64,000 nucleotides of DNA from Lingula anatina (GCA_051362555.1 JBPQGU010000016.1:1736001-1800000); one strand, 5' to 3'; positions 1 to 13,509 are shown, counted from the stretch's first letter. Notes: a model not told the origin generated them from the sequence alone. Made by a program: numbers and translations.

Positions 1-957
1 AAAGGAATGTGTACAGGAAAGCCAGAGTAATACTCGTGAATACCTAGTGAAAATTATCACAGGACCCCGGTAGATGGTATGATTGATAGGGAGACCTCTA
101 AAATATAATACGTCCACCACTGGGGTTCTTGGATATAGATGGTTTCCGTGTACACCACTGCTTTTCAAATTGGCCAGATGATATGCAAAACATGCATCTA
201 ATGCGCAGTTCACACTAGCAGTATGGTTAACGAAGTTCAACAATATGTCACCCTTTTAAACTTCAATAACTACATAAGTAAACTCTCTTTATATTGTTGC
301 GGCGCATTTTTAAAATTCCATTTCAAGTCTTAAACTGTTATATGCATTATGGAATGTTCACCAAAGTAGAAAACACCAATTCCTACGTTTTATTTCTGAA
401 TAATAACTCCATACTTTATGAATGCCTGTGGTGCAGGCTCCTCGAGTCTTTGAGTACGACGTCACGCGCAATCCATCTTAGCATCTATTTACGGCCAAGC
501 TGAAAAGGGAACCTTTGGAGCAGATGATCCACAGACCAAGAGCGCTTACATGTGGACCAACCCGCGGATTAAATCTCGACTCCACAATTTTAATTGGGTT
601 GACCTTATTCAGTCCGCGGATCAGTAAACCCGCAGATAATATGTTCTGAACGCGCTCTAACGCCGACAAAATATGGCCGACCCCACTTAAAAGCAAGCCC
701 CGATGCTTCCCCGTCTTTACATGCACACGCGCCATTAAACGGATTTGGCTCCGAGATAGAGAGAACCTATCTACCCTCTGTTCTGAATACGCACTATCTA
801 TCTACGAGAGAGAGAGAGAGAGGGAGAGAGAGAGAGAGAGAGGGCCCGTTCAAAATAGGGGACTATATTTAGTCCAAAGTCAAATATGATCGCCCCAGTT
901 GAATAGTGTACTTTCCCACGGGATATCTATTTATTGTCTATGGGGTCCTGCACAATA

Positions 958-1127
958 CAGGGGCGGATCCAAAAATATTTTCTGACAGTCTTCCATCTTT
1001 GTTGACACATTCTCTTTTTTTTACCGTCTTCCGACAGAAAAAGAATACATGTAGATACTCGTCAATGTTAACTTGAAAATCTGACCGTCTTCCGGAAGAC
1101 CCAGAAGACGGCCTCAATCCGCCCCTG
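958..1127. mobile_element. 170-bp MITE in intron 3 of copy A
   Basis: TIRs CAGGGGCGGAT / ATCCGCCCCTG and a 5-bp CAATA duplication. Empty site (CACAATAGAT) in the intron of copy C at ~20283-20292 (reverse strand). Confidence 0.8.
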
Positions 1128-1545
1128 CAATAGATCATCCGAATACTAACATATCCACCGATTATTATGGCCGTCCACATTGCAAAAGCGATGTCGCTGA
1201 TTCCCGACGGTCTCTTCGCCTACACACATTAAATGGATTAAATCTCGTCTCCGAGGTTTCATTGCTAGGCCCCTGCAGCGACAGCACGTGTGGAGGCGCG
1301 GAGACCATCATGGAATTGGCGGTATCGGTTTTGAACTGGGTCGGCCATATTTAGTCGGCCGATCAGTTAGTACCCAGACCATCTATTCTGAACAGTCCCT
1401 TTTAGTGGCGTAGACGGCAAGCTTTGTGGTGGGTCGCCATATTTGACACTCGGACTTGTAAGTCACTGATTCTGAATGGGACGAGAGAGAGAGAGGGGGA
1501 GAGAGAGAGAGAGAGAGAGAGAGAGTGTGTGTGTTTCTTACGTAC

Positions 1546-2059
1546 TCTGTGACCGGGCCGCAGTCAGTTCTACACGGACTGGTACATGCGCAGCCAAATA
1601 TGTTACATTTCCCATATGAACAGTAAAAGAATGTCTGTAATGTAAATAGGGAATTAAAAATCTTTTCCTTTCTCTTTTCCCCCTCCAACACATCGCACCG
1701 ACACTGCACACGCACACAAACCCACATATGTACAGAATGATTTCCTTTTACTTACGACCATTTACTTAGCGAATTTCAATAAACAATATAAAAATAGACT
1801 TCTAGCTTTGTTCTACATTTATTACTAAAATATACGGTATCATTTTCCTCCTGTAATGCTAAGTTCCCTGATACCAAACATGTGTTGTAAATGTGTTCTC
1901 AATGCATTTCCCGAGGAAATACCCCGGTACTAGTAGACCCACCCACGTGCAGTCTGCGCAGAAATTATACCCAATCTGATAGCAGCAGATAGATTCAGCT
2001 TCTTGCATTACGGCGGCCAGACCCAATGCAACTAACGCAAAAATGCCAAAGGTAGTCAT
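1546..2059 (-). CDS. Mytimycin-like precursor, copy A (partial; last exon lies left of the window)
   Basis: Exons 2059-1943 (MTTFGIFALVALGLAAVMQEAESICCYQIGYNFCADCTW) and 1634-1546 (TFFYCSYGKCNIFGCACTSPCRTDCGPVT). Bases 1-1545 are intron 3, homologous to 11181-12077. Confidence 0.82.
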
Positions 2060-2804
2060 CTTCTGAAATGTGAAGTGACACTATAGAGTTGACACAAAGA
2101 CACTTTTTTAAGGAATTTTAGAGGACAGTGGAGCTCAAATCTCTTCTGTCAGCAGCTATGCTTTTAAACTTTCAGAGGCACGCTGACAGTAAAGACATGA
2201 GATTTCATACGATGTTCTCTAAAACCCAATGCGCACAAAGGCAATCGGTTTCGTGAAATCCTACTTAGTATACAGCAATTGAAGAAAATTTCTTTGACAG
2301 AATGTTTTACCTGAGTAATCCTTGTTTACCTCTCTCAGTCTCGAAACGATTGAAAACGTCGACAGATTGATCTACCTATACCGTTGTCATCAGCAGTGCA
2401 AGCTTCGTCAAGGCCTCGGTTTCTGAAGTGGAGTACAGGCCTATGATCTGAAGAGATCAAAGCATGTGGAACGGACATCAAAGTTATGTACTGGTACAGG
2501 TATTTCACAATGATTTACTTAAGTCTGGATTATCATTTACCGACTGCTTCGGCAATGCACAGAAAAATAATGTGTGTTCGAGACTGATTTTCATTGGCAG
2601 ATATCATTTTCATCAGAAAGACAATTTATCTTTACGTTTTACGCATGCGTATTTTAAAATCTTATAGCTTTGTTCTACATTTATTACTAAAATGTACGGT
2701 ATCATTTTCCTCCTGTAATGCTAAGTTTGCTGATACCAAACATGTGTTGTAAATGTGTTCTCAATGCATTTCCCGAGGAAATACCCCGGTACTAGTAGAC
2801 CCAC

Positions 2805-2924
2805 CCACGTGCAGTCTGCGCAGAAATTATACCCAATCTGATAGCAGCAGATAGATTCAGCTTCCTGCATTACAGCTGCCAGACCCAACGCAACTAACGC
2901 AAAAATGCCAAAGGTAGTCATCAT
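2805..2924 (-). CDS. Duplicated first coding exon (A') of copy A
   Basis: cag|ATG ATG ACT... encodes (M)MTTFGIFALVALGLAAVMQEAESICCYQIGYNFCADCTW with an intact GTGGGT donor. Part of an ~860-bp tandem duplication (~1803-2662 / ~2665-3516). Confidence 0.75.
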
Positions 2925-5082
2925 CTGAAATGTGAAGTGACAAAATGGAGTTGACACAAAGGCAAAGGGAACTTCAGAGGACAGTGGAGCTCAAATATCT
3001 TCTGTCAGCAGTTATACTTTTAAACTTTCAGAGGCACGCTGACAGTAAAGACGTGAGATTTCATACGGTGTTCTCTTAAACCCAATGCGCAAAAAGGCAA
3101 TCTGTGTCGTGAAATCCTACTTAGTATACAGCAATTTAAGAAAATTTCTTGGACAGAAATTTTACCTGAGTAATACTTGATTACCTCTATCAGTTTCGAA
3201 ATGATTGAAAACGTCGGCAGATTGAACTATTTATGCCGTTTTCATCAGCAGTGCAAGCTTCGTCAAGGCCTCGGTTTCTGAAGTGGAGTGCAGGCCTACA
3301 ATCTGAAGAGATCAAACCATTTGAACGGACATCAAAGTTATGTACTAGTAGAGGTATTTCACAATGATTTAGTTAAGTCTGGATTATCATTTATCGACTT
3401 GTTCGGCAATGCACAGAAAAATAATGTGTGTTCGAGACTGATTGTCATTGGTTGAATTCATTTTCATCAGAAAGACAATTTATTTTTAGGTTTTACGCAT
3501 GCGTACTTTAAAATCTAGTTCTATCTGGTTGAACGTGAACATTAGACAAAAAATCATCGAATTATCAACGAATTAAAGGATTCAGAGGTCTGGTGACATT
3601 TTTTTTTTACTGCAAACTTCCTAAATTAGGTTTGAAAAAGTGGTGATACTGTATTCTGTTTAGTTACGCCGGTGGAGTGGAACATGCTTCTTAACGCACA
3701 ACAAACAAAATCACAGGAGCTGGTGCCGTTTGATATCTGTTCGCGGGTTCGAATTCTTGAAAGTTCGTTGATTATTTGGATCTATTTTTAGGTACAGAAT
3801 TTTCAAATGAAAGTTTATAAACTTTTCAAGACTATCGGCATGAGACCATATGTCTTGGATACTGCTGGAGAGAGAGAGCGAGAGAGAGAGAGATGTATTG
3901 CTCGGGTTTCATTTGATGCAAGTAGTCCTATGATATACTAGAACGAATTAAATTTTATAAGTAGTTCATCGTAACTTTTAATTTTCACACATCTCACCCT
4001 ATGAATGTATATCACATATTCATCGCGATTCTCCATTCGTTCTGCATTGCATTCCCGTATACATTAGATCAAAGCACAGGTAGCTTCTGCATCAAAAGTT
4101 GTTAGTACCAGTATTGTAATGTGCGTTTTCAGTTACAGATGCATAGTTAAACCCTCATATGTCTAGACATTTACTCCGTCAGTTTAACTGATTTTTTTAT
4201 GTTGGCAAATATATGGATGGGAAGGTTGTCAAAGTTTGTAAAATCTGCTTTAAAGTTATAAAAGTTATGTGAGCTTTCTACTAAGGAAGCAGAATTGTTC
4301 ACATTTCACATAAAACGTCGACATCATCTTCAATTTGATTTTAACACCAGTATTGTAATGTGCGTTTTCAATAACAGATGTTTGAGACGCTTTTATAGAA
4401 AAAAACTCATATGTCTAGGCATTTCAAACCATCAGCTTTTAGATTCTTTTCATGGGTGGAGGTATGAATGTGAAGGTTGTCAGACTTTGTACATTCTGCT
4501 TAAAAGTTATCCAAGTTGTGTGGGTTCAGTACTAAAGAACGAGAATCATTCACATTTCATACAAAACGTCATTATCATCTTTAATTTGATTTTAAGACCA
4601 CGCGTTTACTAGATTTTTAGAGCAACCACACGACCAGGACAGTAAATATAAACCTATCTTCTGCTTATTTGGTGTTTTTCTTTGGTGTCGCCTTCTGTTT
4701 TTAGTCCATTTTCCAGCTGCACGACAATTTTCTGAGAGGGGTGGGCGAAAAAAGAAGGGACAATTTCCGTTTGCAAGGTAATTTTTGCAGTAATCTGTCT
4801 AAATTGAAGCGTTGATATTTACATTTTTTTTTTTTTTTTTTTTTGAACAGTTATAATTGTAAAAGTATGATATTCGGTGAAAATGTAAGAATAAAGCTCA
4901 ATCTACTGGTACCTATATGTTGGCAGTTCCCAGCTATGGTAACTAATAACTCTTTGGCTATCTAATAACTCTTTGGTCACAGGACCCATAGTATAGTCTA
5001 TTACAAAATTATAGCCTCCGATTTAATTTTCCATAGGTCTACTGTATGTATATTGTAGAGGCACTTCTGATACACAAACACA

Positions 5083-6137
5083 CACTGGACAATAGAAGTG
5101 TCACCAATACTTTGTGGGAGATAAATGACTTTGGGATTATATGCTCCTGGTATCATTTTATTAAAATCAAATTTCACAAAAAAAAAAAAAAAAAAAATGA
5201 TAACAAAATATACATTATCCCAAGATATGCAGTTTCAGTCCAAAATTAGTAATTAGTGGCATAGCCACGTGACCTAATAATAGCTGCCAGTCTGCGAGGC
5301 AAGGATTCATATAATTGTTTGATGCGTTCAGAGCTTATGCTGGCCATAGCATGAAACACTGAATCTAACAGAGTTTGTCAGCTGGTTGGACGGGCATTTG
5401 TCAAAAGTTTTGACATATCATTCAACATATTTTCTGTTATGTTTGCATCCGGATTCTGGGCAGGCCACATCACCCTGCAAATGTCCTGTTGGTCAAACCA
5501 ATCATCAACTGCTCTGGGTCTGTGGCAAGGAGCATTGTCATCCTGGTGAACAGATGGATAATTTCTGTAACCAAACATGTAGGTAATAGATTGTAGCAAG
5601 CCTGACTAAAAAATATCGATATATTGCTGGTGATTCCTGTTTCCATTAACCACTATCAATTCGCCCACGCCAGGGATGCTGATGCAGCCCCACACCATGG
5701 TGAATATGCTGCTCCGTACATGTGGTTCAAATGCTTTTACAACCTGGACATCAAAATCAGTCGTCGGTCTTCACGGTCAGTAGTTTTTCTTGGACCAGCC
5801 ATCAGAGGCAATTTGTCTCTTGATCCAGTGTTTCCATACCGAGACCAGACCCTCTGCACGGTTCTGACTGAACAATTCAACTGTTATGCAATTGCTTATA
5901 TTCCGCCTCTTCAGGTTAATAACTTGACGTCTATAATCGTTAGTTAATTGCCCGTATCTTTCCATAATGGAGGAAGACAGGAATAACATTTGCTGTACAT
6001 GTACAAAACCAACAATACAATTCCACGGTACATCGGTTTTATACTCATTAGTCACGTTATAAGTAGACCAGGCATTATAACTACCCAAGATCTGCCTACT
6101 TTGATTACTCTGATTTAGGTGGTGACACTTTTATTGA
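5083..6137 (-). mobile_element. Degenerate Tc1/mariner transposon remnant
   Basis: Minus-strand HQDDNAPCHR...WPAQNPDANITENM matches the Tc1 catalytic motifs (QDNAPxH, WPxxSPDLNPIEN). Inverted ends CAATA(G/A)AAGTGTCACCA at ~5090-5106 and ~6120-6137. Confidence 0.8.
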
Positions 6138-7854
6138 CTGTAGATCTGTACAACTTTTAAAAATAAATTTAAAAAACTTACTTTAAATAGCTCCATTATT
6201 TATTCATCAATATTATTCATAAAGGGGGTAAAACAACATTCTTGAGTTGAATATTTACTGAAGATTTACTGTTTGGATTTTTTTTTTTATTTATGAAGCC
6301 TTATGAATACTCTTACAGTGACACAATATAATGGTGGCCATCTTGGAAAAAGCTGCCTTTAAAACTTTTTTCCACCACTTAGATTTTTCTAGAGTTTTAA
6401 TTTGTTTAAATTTGGATATAACTATTTATTTTTGGCAATAAATCCCTACTGATAAAAAAACTTAAGTCTTAAAGAACCCTTATGAATACACTTGCTGGCG
6501 GCCAACATTTCAGGTAAAAATCTGTACAAATGACCCTTGCCTGACTTTGACCTCAAGCCAAAGTCCTTTGTGAATAATTCCTATTAAATAAGTTTTTCTC
6601 TTCGACAAAGTGTTCTTTGTCTGTAAGTCTGGATATATTTCAAGGTCTTATAACTCGTTTACTCCAGCAAAATACTCCTAAAATAATAAGACCATCCTTT
6701 ACCTATAGTGACATAATATATTGGCGGTCATCTTAAAAAAAATGACTTAGAAACCACTACTTACATTTTAATATGTTAAAATTTGGATATTTAGCTTTCT
6801 AAAAAACGTCATTACATTTTTTTTTTGCAATGAGTCCTGAGTAAGACCAATTTTTTCGCTCAGTTTACTAGCCTAACACAACTTTTAAAACTTTTAAGCA
6901 GAATTTACAAATGTTGACAAACCTCACATTCATATATTTAACCAGAATTTTTAAAAATCAATTAAACTGACGGGCTGAATGTCCAGACATATGCGGGTTT
7001 TTCTATAAAAGCGTCCCATACATCTGTTATTGAAAACGCACATTACAATACTGGTTCTAACAACTTTTGATTCAGAGACTACTTTGATCTATTTTATACT
7101 GGAATGCAATGCAGAATGAATGGAGAATCGTGTTGAATTATTGAAATACATTCATAGGGGTAAAAAGTGTGAAAATTAAAAGTTACGATGAACAGCTTAT
7201 AAAACTTAATTCGTTTTCGTTTTTCGTAGGACTACTTTTATCAAATGAAACCAGTGCAATTAAGATAATTTCTCTCTCTCTCTCTCTCTTCAGCAGTACT
7301 CAAGACTTATGGTCTCATACCGGTAGTCTTGAAACGTTTATACACTTATAGCCTTTCATTTTAAAACTTATCACTAAAAAAAAGATACATTTCGTCTTTC
7401 AGTTTTGATTAAAACTATCCTCAATCTCAATTCGCCTTTCACTGTACAATTCTCTCTCGTTTTTATCAAAATTATTTAGAACTTTATTTACAGTGTTCAA
7501 GGCGTGTAAAAACAGACCATGTAGACCTATGGCCACTTTATGTGTCTCTTGGAGACAAATTCCTTCATAGATGCTAGTATATGCGAAGGTTATCAAACGG
7601 TACGGTTTAGAACTATGGTTCAGCTGGCCTAAATTGTAATTTTAAGAGGGACCACTGGTGTTATTTTTTCAGAAATTGAAGGGGGAAGGTTATATTATGT
7701 AGTTTTAAGTATTTTACTAAATCATTTTTTTTAATTTTCATGTAATTTAATACCATTCGTGTGCAAGTTTATGTGAGCAACCACTCAGACATTATATTTA
7801 TATTTCAGATATTGTGAACTGCAGGCAGAATTCCTGATAGACCACTTTGTTTAA

Positions 7855-8887
7855 CCCTCAAGAGACCAAGCTATTTTACTGACTGAAATGACCAAGTGGG
7901 GTCATCTATGACCCCATTGTGCTCTGTACAGGGATCCTTATTATAAAAGACTGTTGAGGCTTTATCACACCCATACTACTCCCAGGATTTAAGACAAGTA
8001 TTTTATAATGATCTAATATTATATGTAATAAGTATTTGGTAATAATACTTTTATTGCATGAAATATCCAAGCACAGATTTTAAGAACAACATTACACCGG
8101 TATTTAGACAGTCCTTGTCAGTTTCCACTTGCAGAAATATTTCTCTTTTTATTTGCTACACTAAATGAAAAAAGTACATTACAAAATTACTTTGAGTAAA
8201 AATATTTTGATTTATGTTGAGATAACATCCTGCTAACTTCAATAAGAATAATTAGCTGACTTGCTGAGTAGGGAATACCCGAATGCTGGTAAGGAAGTCA
8301 TACTACTCAGAACACATTCAATCAACCTACATGTATGTTACTACCACAGCTGTGTATAAAACTAAATCCACACAAACAATTTGTTAATATATGTATAATA
8401 TGATATCGACAGAATTATTTAGATTTCAGAAATACCCGAAAATTGTAACCGTCAAAATGAGAGACCCAGTTATGAGAACAAGTTCCAACAAAGCTACTGA
8501 AATTAGATTCAGTGATGCACTATTAGTAACACTTCAAGCACAATCTTCACAAACCACTTATTTGTGCCTATGTTTTGGGCACACTGGCTGGTTGCATGAA
8601 GCACATGCATGTCCTGTCAGTGTTGCTTGGGCAAAACATTTGAATAAAACTTAAAAACTAATATCTAAAAACCAATGCTTCTCTTTGGGGTCATAAATGA
8701 CCCCACAAGAGTTTTTGATGTATACGCCACACTAATTGGTTGATCCCTACAAAAAACTGTGAAAGTGTGTAGGATTAGTAGACTGACAAACTCATGCAAG
8801 GAAAGAAAATTCGAATAAAAAATAAAGAGATGGCACATTAAATCATATGGCTGGGGTCGTAAATGACCCCACTCGGTCACTTGAGGG
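7855..8887. mobile_element. Non-autonomous piggyBac-type DNA transposon (1033 bp)
   Basis: TTAA TSD at 7851-7854 and 8888-8891. TIRs CCCTCAAG(A/T)GACC(A/G)AG. Subterminal palindromes GGGGTC-n6-GACCCC at ~7899, ~8687 and ~8854. Empty site TTGT-TTAA-AAGG in the duplicate at ~38525. Confidence 0.9.
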
Positions 8888-8969
8888 TTAAAAGGTTATT
8901 CTTTTAAGGCTCAAGCTCGTGTGCCACTTCCGGCTTAAATTGCCCGTACTTGGTAGCAGTTTAGAAGGT

Positions 8970-9005
<36 letters not shown>

Positions 9006-9987
9006 GGGGGGGGTGTTCACAGTTCACAATTCCCAGCAATAAAAACTTAATTAGTATCTCATTGAAAATGCAAGTCTGGGTATAACAACAATGCCTTCGT
9101 TTGAATAAGGACGAAGAATAAAAGGCCGCATTTACAAGTCGGGGCAGGGGAATGGGGGGCTTCAACGATCACGCTGTGAACGTTTCACGTATTTCGGAAA
9201 ATAAAACAGTGGCTTTCACGGGTAACCATAATACCCAATAGGGCCTTAGATTTAGCTCGTTTGTAACGGCTGATATGGGTTAAAACAAAGATTAATAGGC
9301 ATTTCAACTTTAAGGTACACAAATGAGGATTTTCATTCCAAAATCACATTTATGGAGTTATCCTGGGGTAAACGGTATTTATCTTCATTTTTCTTTCCTG
9401 ACTCTCTCTAGAACTCTGTAACAATTTTGAAAAAAGGAGATCCAAACAATGTTTCGCACTACAATGCCTCCACTAACAGATATCGCGCGACTTTACAGAC
9501 AGTGCCAAGATGGCTCACTACCAAGGGTGGGCAAGGGACGGTGAATATGATTAATTTTTGGCGATATTGATTGAGGCCATTCATCTTTCTATTTATGTTT
9601 TAAAAATTATAATTATCCTCAAATAAAAGCAACGAGAAGTAATTCATGAACTTAGAATGTGTTTAAATCCCACATCGTATACCTTTAACACAATAATTCC
9701 CAACTCCAGATGGACCAGGCTGATGTTGAAATTTATCACAATATTTTAATGGCAGTTTTTTTCCTACACCACCTTAAGCGAGCCTCACACTTGATGACCT
9801 TTTGACATATAAAAAAATCATAAAACCTGGCCATTAATATGTTTTACCTGTTTGGTTTCTTTGCTTAATCAAGAAGTTCTACTCTACAACTTCTTGGTTT
9901 AACTCATGCATTGACTTTGTGGAATATTCCGGTGCTTGAAAATTGATGCTTATTTTAGAATAATACTTGCTGGGTCTTGGAATCGAG

Positions 9988-10027
<40 letters not shown>

Positions 10028-10289
10028 TTTTTTTATTTAATTTTTTTTAATTTCACCAATCTAAATGTCATAAAATATCTATTAAGTCATAAACGGCTGT
10101 TTGGGCATATGCATAAAGCACCCTTTCTGTGATAATTGAGAGATATTATAAAAAGCAAGAGAGTAGTTTGCTGCTTTTTGAAGGGGACAAACAGTCAATG
10201 AAAAAGGACCACGTTTGGATACTGTGTGGTAAGGGAGGTGGAACCTGGCGGAGATGAAGGTCGCCGATGTGCTCATATCGTTTCTCGAT

Positions 10290-10336
<47 letters not shown>

Positions 10337-10574
10337 AGAAAAGATTGCAAGATTGCGAGTCAAAACTCAGTAAACAATAATTATAATAAGTAAATGAAAC
10401 ACAAAGACACTTGTTGCGATGCTATCTGAATTTCATATAAACAGCAATATTGTTTTACATAATTTCAAAGAATTTCGAAAGTTAACTTCTTGAGAAAGAT
10501 CGATTCCCAATGATTTTCCAAATGTCAAATAAGGATGGAAAAAGTGCTGCGCTTTTCATCCTCGTATATCAGAG

Positions 10575-11130
10575 CTACTGCAGATCAGGATCGAACTCCT
10601 GTCGGTCAATGTTGTCGTCACCATTGGCGTCTTCGTCGTCAAACACTGCATCCTTCTCGGCCCTTTTCCCGCGCGTGCAAGTACAGGTAACGTGGTATTT
10701 TTCCCCAAGAATCACCCACTCGTTTTTAACACTGAACAAATAATGTAAGCATGTTCTTGAATTCTTGTGAACATATACTTTTTCGGATATCTACCATATA
10801 CCAGCTCAGCGATGACTTTATTACTTATTTCGATTCTTTGACTGGGTTACATGCCTAGATCAATCCATCTGGATCGATCTACTTGATCTCCCTGGATAGT
10901 CTCACTAAATTGCTTTCAAATAACTGGCTTGAATGTCTGCCACGGCTACCGAATCAGCTAGGGGGTAAAGACAATTACCCCCTTACATCTTTATTAGATG
11001 TGACAGACATTTAACCCGATCAAGTTGACAGCAATTTAGTGAGACTCCCCAGGAGTCCTAATATCTGTGGGAATGGTCCCTTTGTCATTATTTTCAATTT
11101 TGCAATTCGTTATTTTTCTCAATCATTATT

Positions 11131-11174
<44 letters not shown>

Positions 11175-12030
11175 GCAAAAAAAGGAATGTGTACAGGAAA
11201 GCCAGAGTAATACTCGTGAATACCTAGTGAAAATTATCACAGGACCCCGGTAGATGGTATGATTGATAGGGAGACCTCTAAAATATAATACGTCCACCAC
11301 TGGGGTTCTTGGATATAGATGGTTTCCGTGTACACCACTGCTTTTCAAATTGGCCAGATGATATGTAAAACATGCATCTAATGCGCAGTTCACACTAGCA
11401 GTATGGTTAACGAAGTTCAACAATATGTCACCCTTTTAAACTTCAATAACTACATAAGTAAACTCTCTTTATATTGTTGCGGCGCATTTTTAAAATTCCA
11501 TTTCAAGTCTTAAACTGTTATATGCATTATGGAATGTTCACCAAAGTAGAAAACACCAATTCCTACGTTTTATTTCTGAATAATAACTTAATTCTTTATG
11601 AATGCCTGTGGTGCAGGCTCTTCGAGTCTTTGAGTACGACGTCACGCGCAATCCATCTTAGCATCTATTTACGGCCAAGCTGAAAAGGGAACCTTTGGAG
11701 CAGATGATCCACAGACCAAGAGCGCTTATCTGTGGACTAAACCGCGGATTAAATCTCGACTCCACAATTTTAATTGGGTTGACCGTATTTAGTCCGCGGA
11801 TCAGTAAGCCCGCAGATAATATGTTCTGAAACGCGCTCTAACGCCGACAAAATATGGCCGACCCCACTTAAAAGCAAGCCCCGATGCTCCCCCGTCTTTA
11901 CATGCACACGCGCCATTAAACGGATTTGGCTCCGAGATAGAGAGAACCTATCTACCATCTGTTCTGAATGCGTTCTGAATGAGAGAGAGAGAGTACCCGT
12001 TCAAAGTAAGTCACTGATTCGGAATGGGAC

Positions 12031-12065
<35 letters not shown>

Positions 12066-12584
12066 TTTCTTACGTACTCTGTGACCGGGCCGCAGTCAGT
12101 TCTACACGGACTGGTATATGCGTAGCCAAATATGTTACATTTCCCATATGAACAGTAAAAGAATGTCTGTAATGTAAATAGGGAATTAAAAATCTTTTCC
12201 TTTCTCTTTTCCCCCTCCAACACATGCGCACCGACACTGCACACGCATACAAACCCACATATGTACAGAATGATTTCCTTTTACCTACGACCATTTACTT
12301 ATCGAATTTCAATAAACAATATAAAAATAGACTTCTAGCTTTGTTCTACATTTATGGTACGGTATCATTTTCCTCCTGTAGTGCTAAGTTCCCTGATACC
12401 AAACATGTGTTATAAATGTGTTCTGAATGCATTTCCCGATGAAATACCCTGGTACTAGTAGACCCACCCACGTGCAGTCTGCGCAGAAATTATACCCAAT
12501 CTGATAGCAGCAGATAGATTCAGCTTCCTGCATTACAGCGGCCAGACCCAATGCAACTAACGCAAAAATGGCAAAGGTAGTCAT
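10575..12584 (-). CDS. Mytimycin-like precursor, copy B; full ORF (120 aa, 10 Cys), promoter and exon 1 lost
   Basis: Exons 12584-12468, 12166-12078 and 10731-10575. Protein: MTTFAIFALVALGLAAVMQEAES|ICCYQIGYNFCADCTWTFFYCSYGKCNIFGYAYTSPCRTDCGPVTDVKNEWVILGEKYHVTCTCTR-GKR-AEKDAVFDDEDANGDDNIDRQEFDPDLQ*. Homology to the family upstream region stops at ~12698, inside intron 1. May be a pseudogene. Confidence 0.75.
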
Positions 12585-12698
12585 CTTCTGAAATGTGAAG
12601 TGACAACATGGAGTTGACACAAAGGCAAAGGGAATTTTAGAGGACAGTGGAGCTCGAATCTCTTCTGTTAGCAGCTATGCTTTTAAACTTCCAGAGGC

Positions 12699-13509
12699 TT
12701 TTTAAGGTTTTACCTTCATTTATTTTAGCAAAATACTACCTAAATTGGACGGCACCATTTACTTGCAGTGACACAATATAATGGTGGCCATCTTGGAAAA
12801 AGCCGCCTTGAAAACCTTTTTCTATCACTTAGATTTTTCAAGGTTTTTAATATGTTTAAATCTGATTATTAAGCTTTCTAAAATACCTCATTACACTTTT
12901 TTGGCGATAAGTCCCTACTGAAAAACAAACTGTTAAAAAATTAGGTATTATAAAACCCAATTATAAAGACCACCCTTTACCTACAGTGACATAATATATT
13001 GGCGGCCATCTTGAAAAAAACTGCCTTAGGAACCACTACTTAGATTTTTCTAGATTTTTAATATGTTAAAATTTGGATAATTAGCTTTCTTAAAAACGTC
13101 ATTACAATTTTTGCAATTAGTCCTGGGTTAGGCCAATTTTTTCGCTCAGTTTACTAGTCTAAGAGCGCATTCCCAGATATTTAGATCGATCCAACTAGAT
13201 CGACCAAACTCCCTGGGTGTTCACGTTAAATTGCTGTTAGCCGACCGCGCACGGAAGTTAATTACCCCGGGACAGCCATTTAAGCCGGTTAGCAGGCAGT
13301 AATCTAGTGAGACTCCCAACAGGGATACATCGATCTAAAATCTGTAAGAATGGGTTCTTAGAGTGCATTTCCATAGATTTAGATCGATCCATCATCCATC
13401 TAGATCGACCTAACTCCCTGGGGGTTCACGCTAAAATGAAAAAAGTTACGATGAACCGCTTATACAACTTAATTCGTTTTCTTAGATCATAGGACTACTT
13501 GTATCAAAT
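12699..13509 (-). repeat. Inverted copy of 23789-24599
   Basis: Reverse-complement near-identity; ORF 13307..13492(+) matches 23806..23991(-). Confidence 0.85.

Noticed and set aside
13160-13440. Short recurring AGATCGATC repeats resembling a CRISPR array
   Set aside because: Irregular spacing and inverted arrangement with TAA/TTA flanks indicate MITEs; eukaryotic context and no cas genes.
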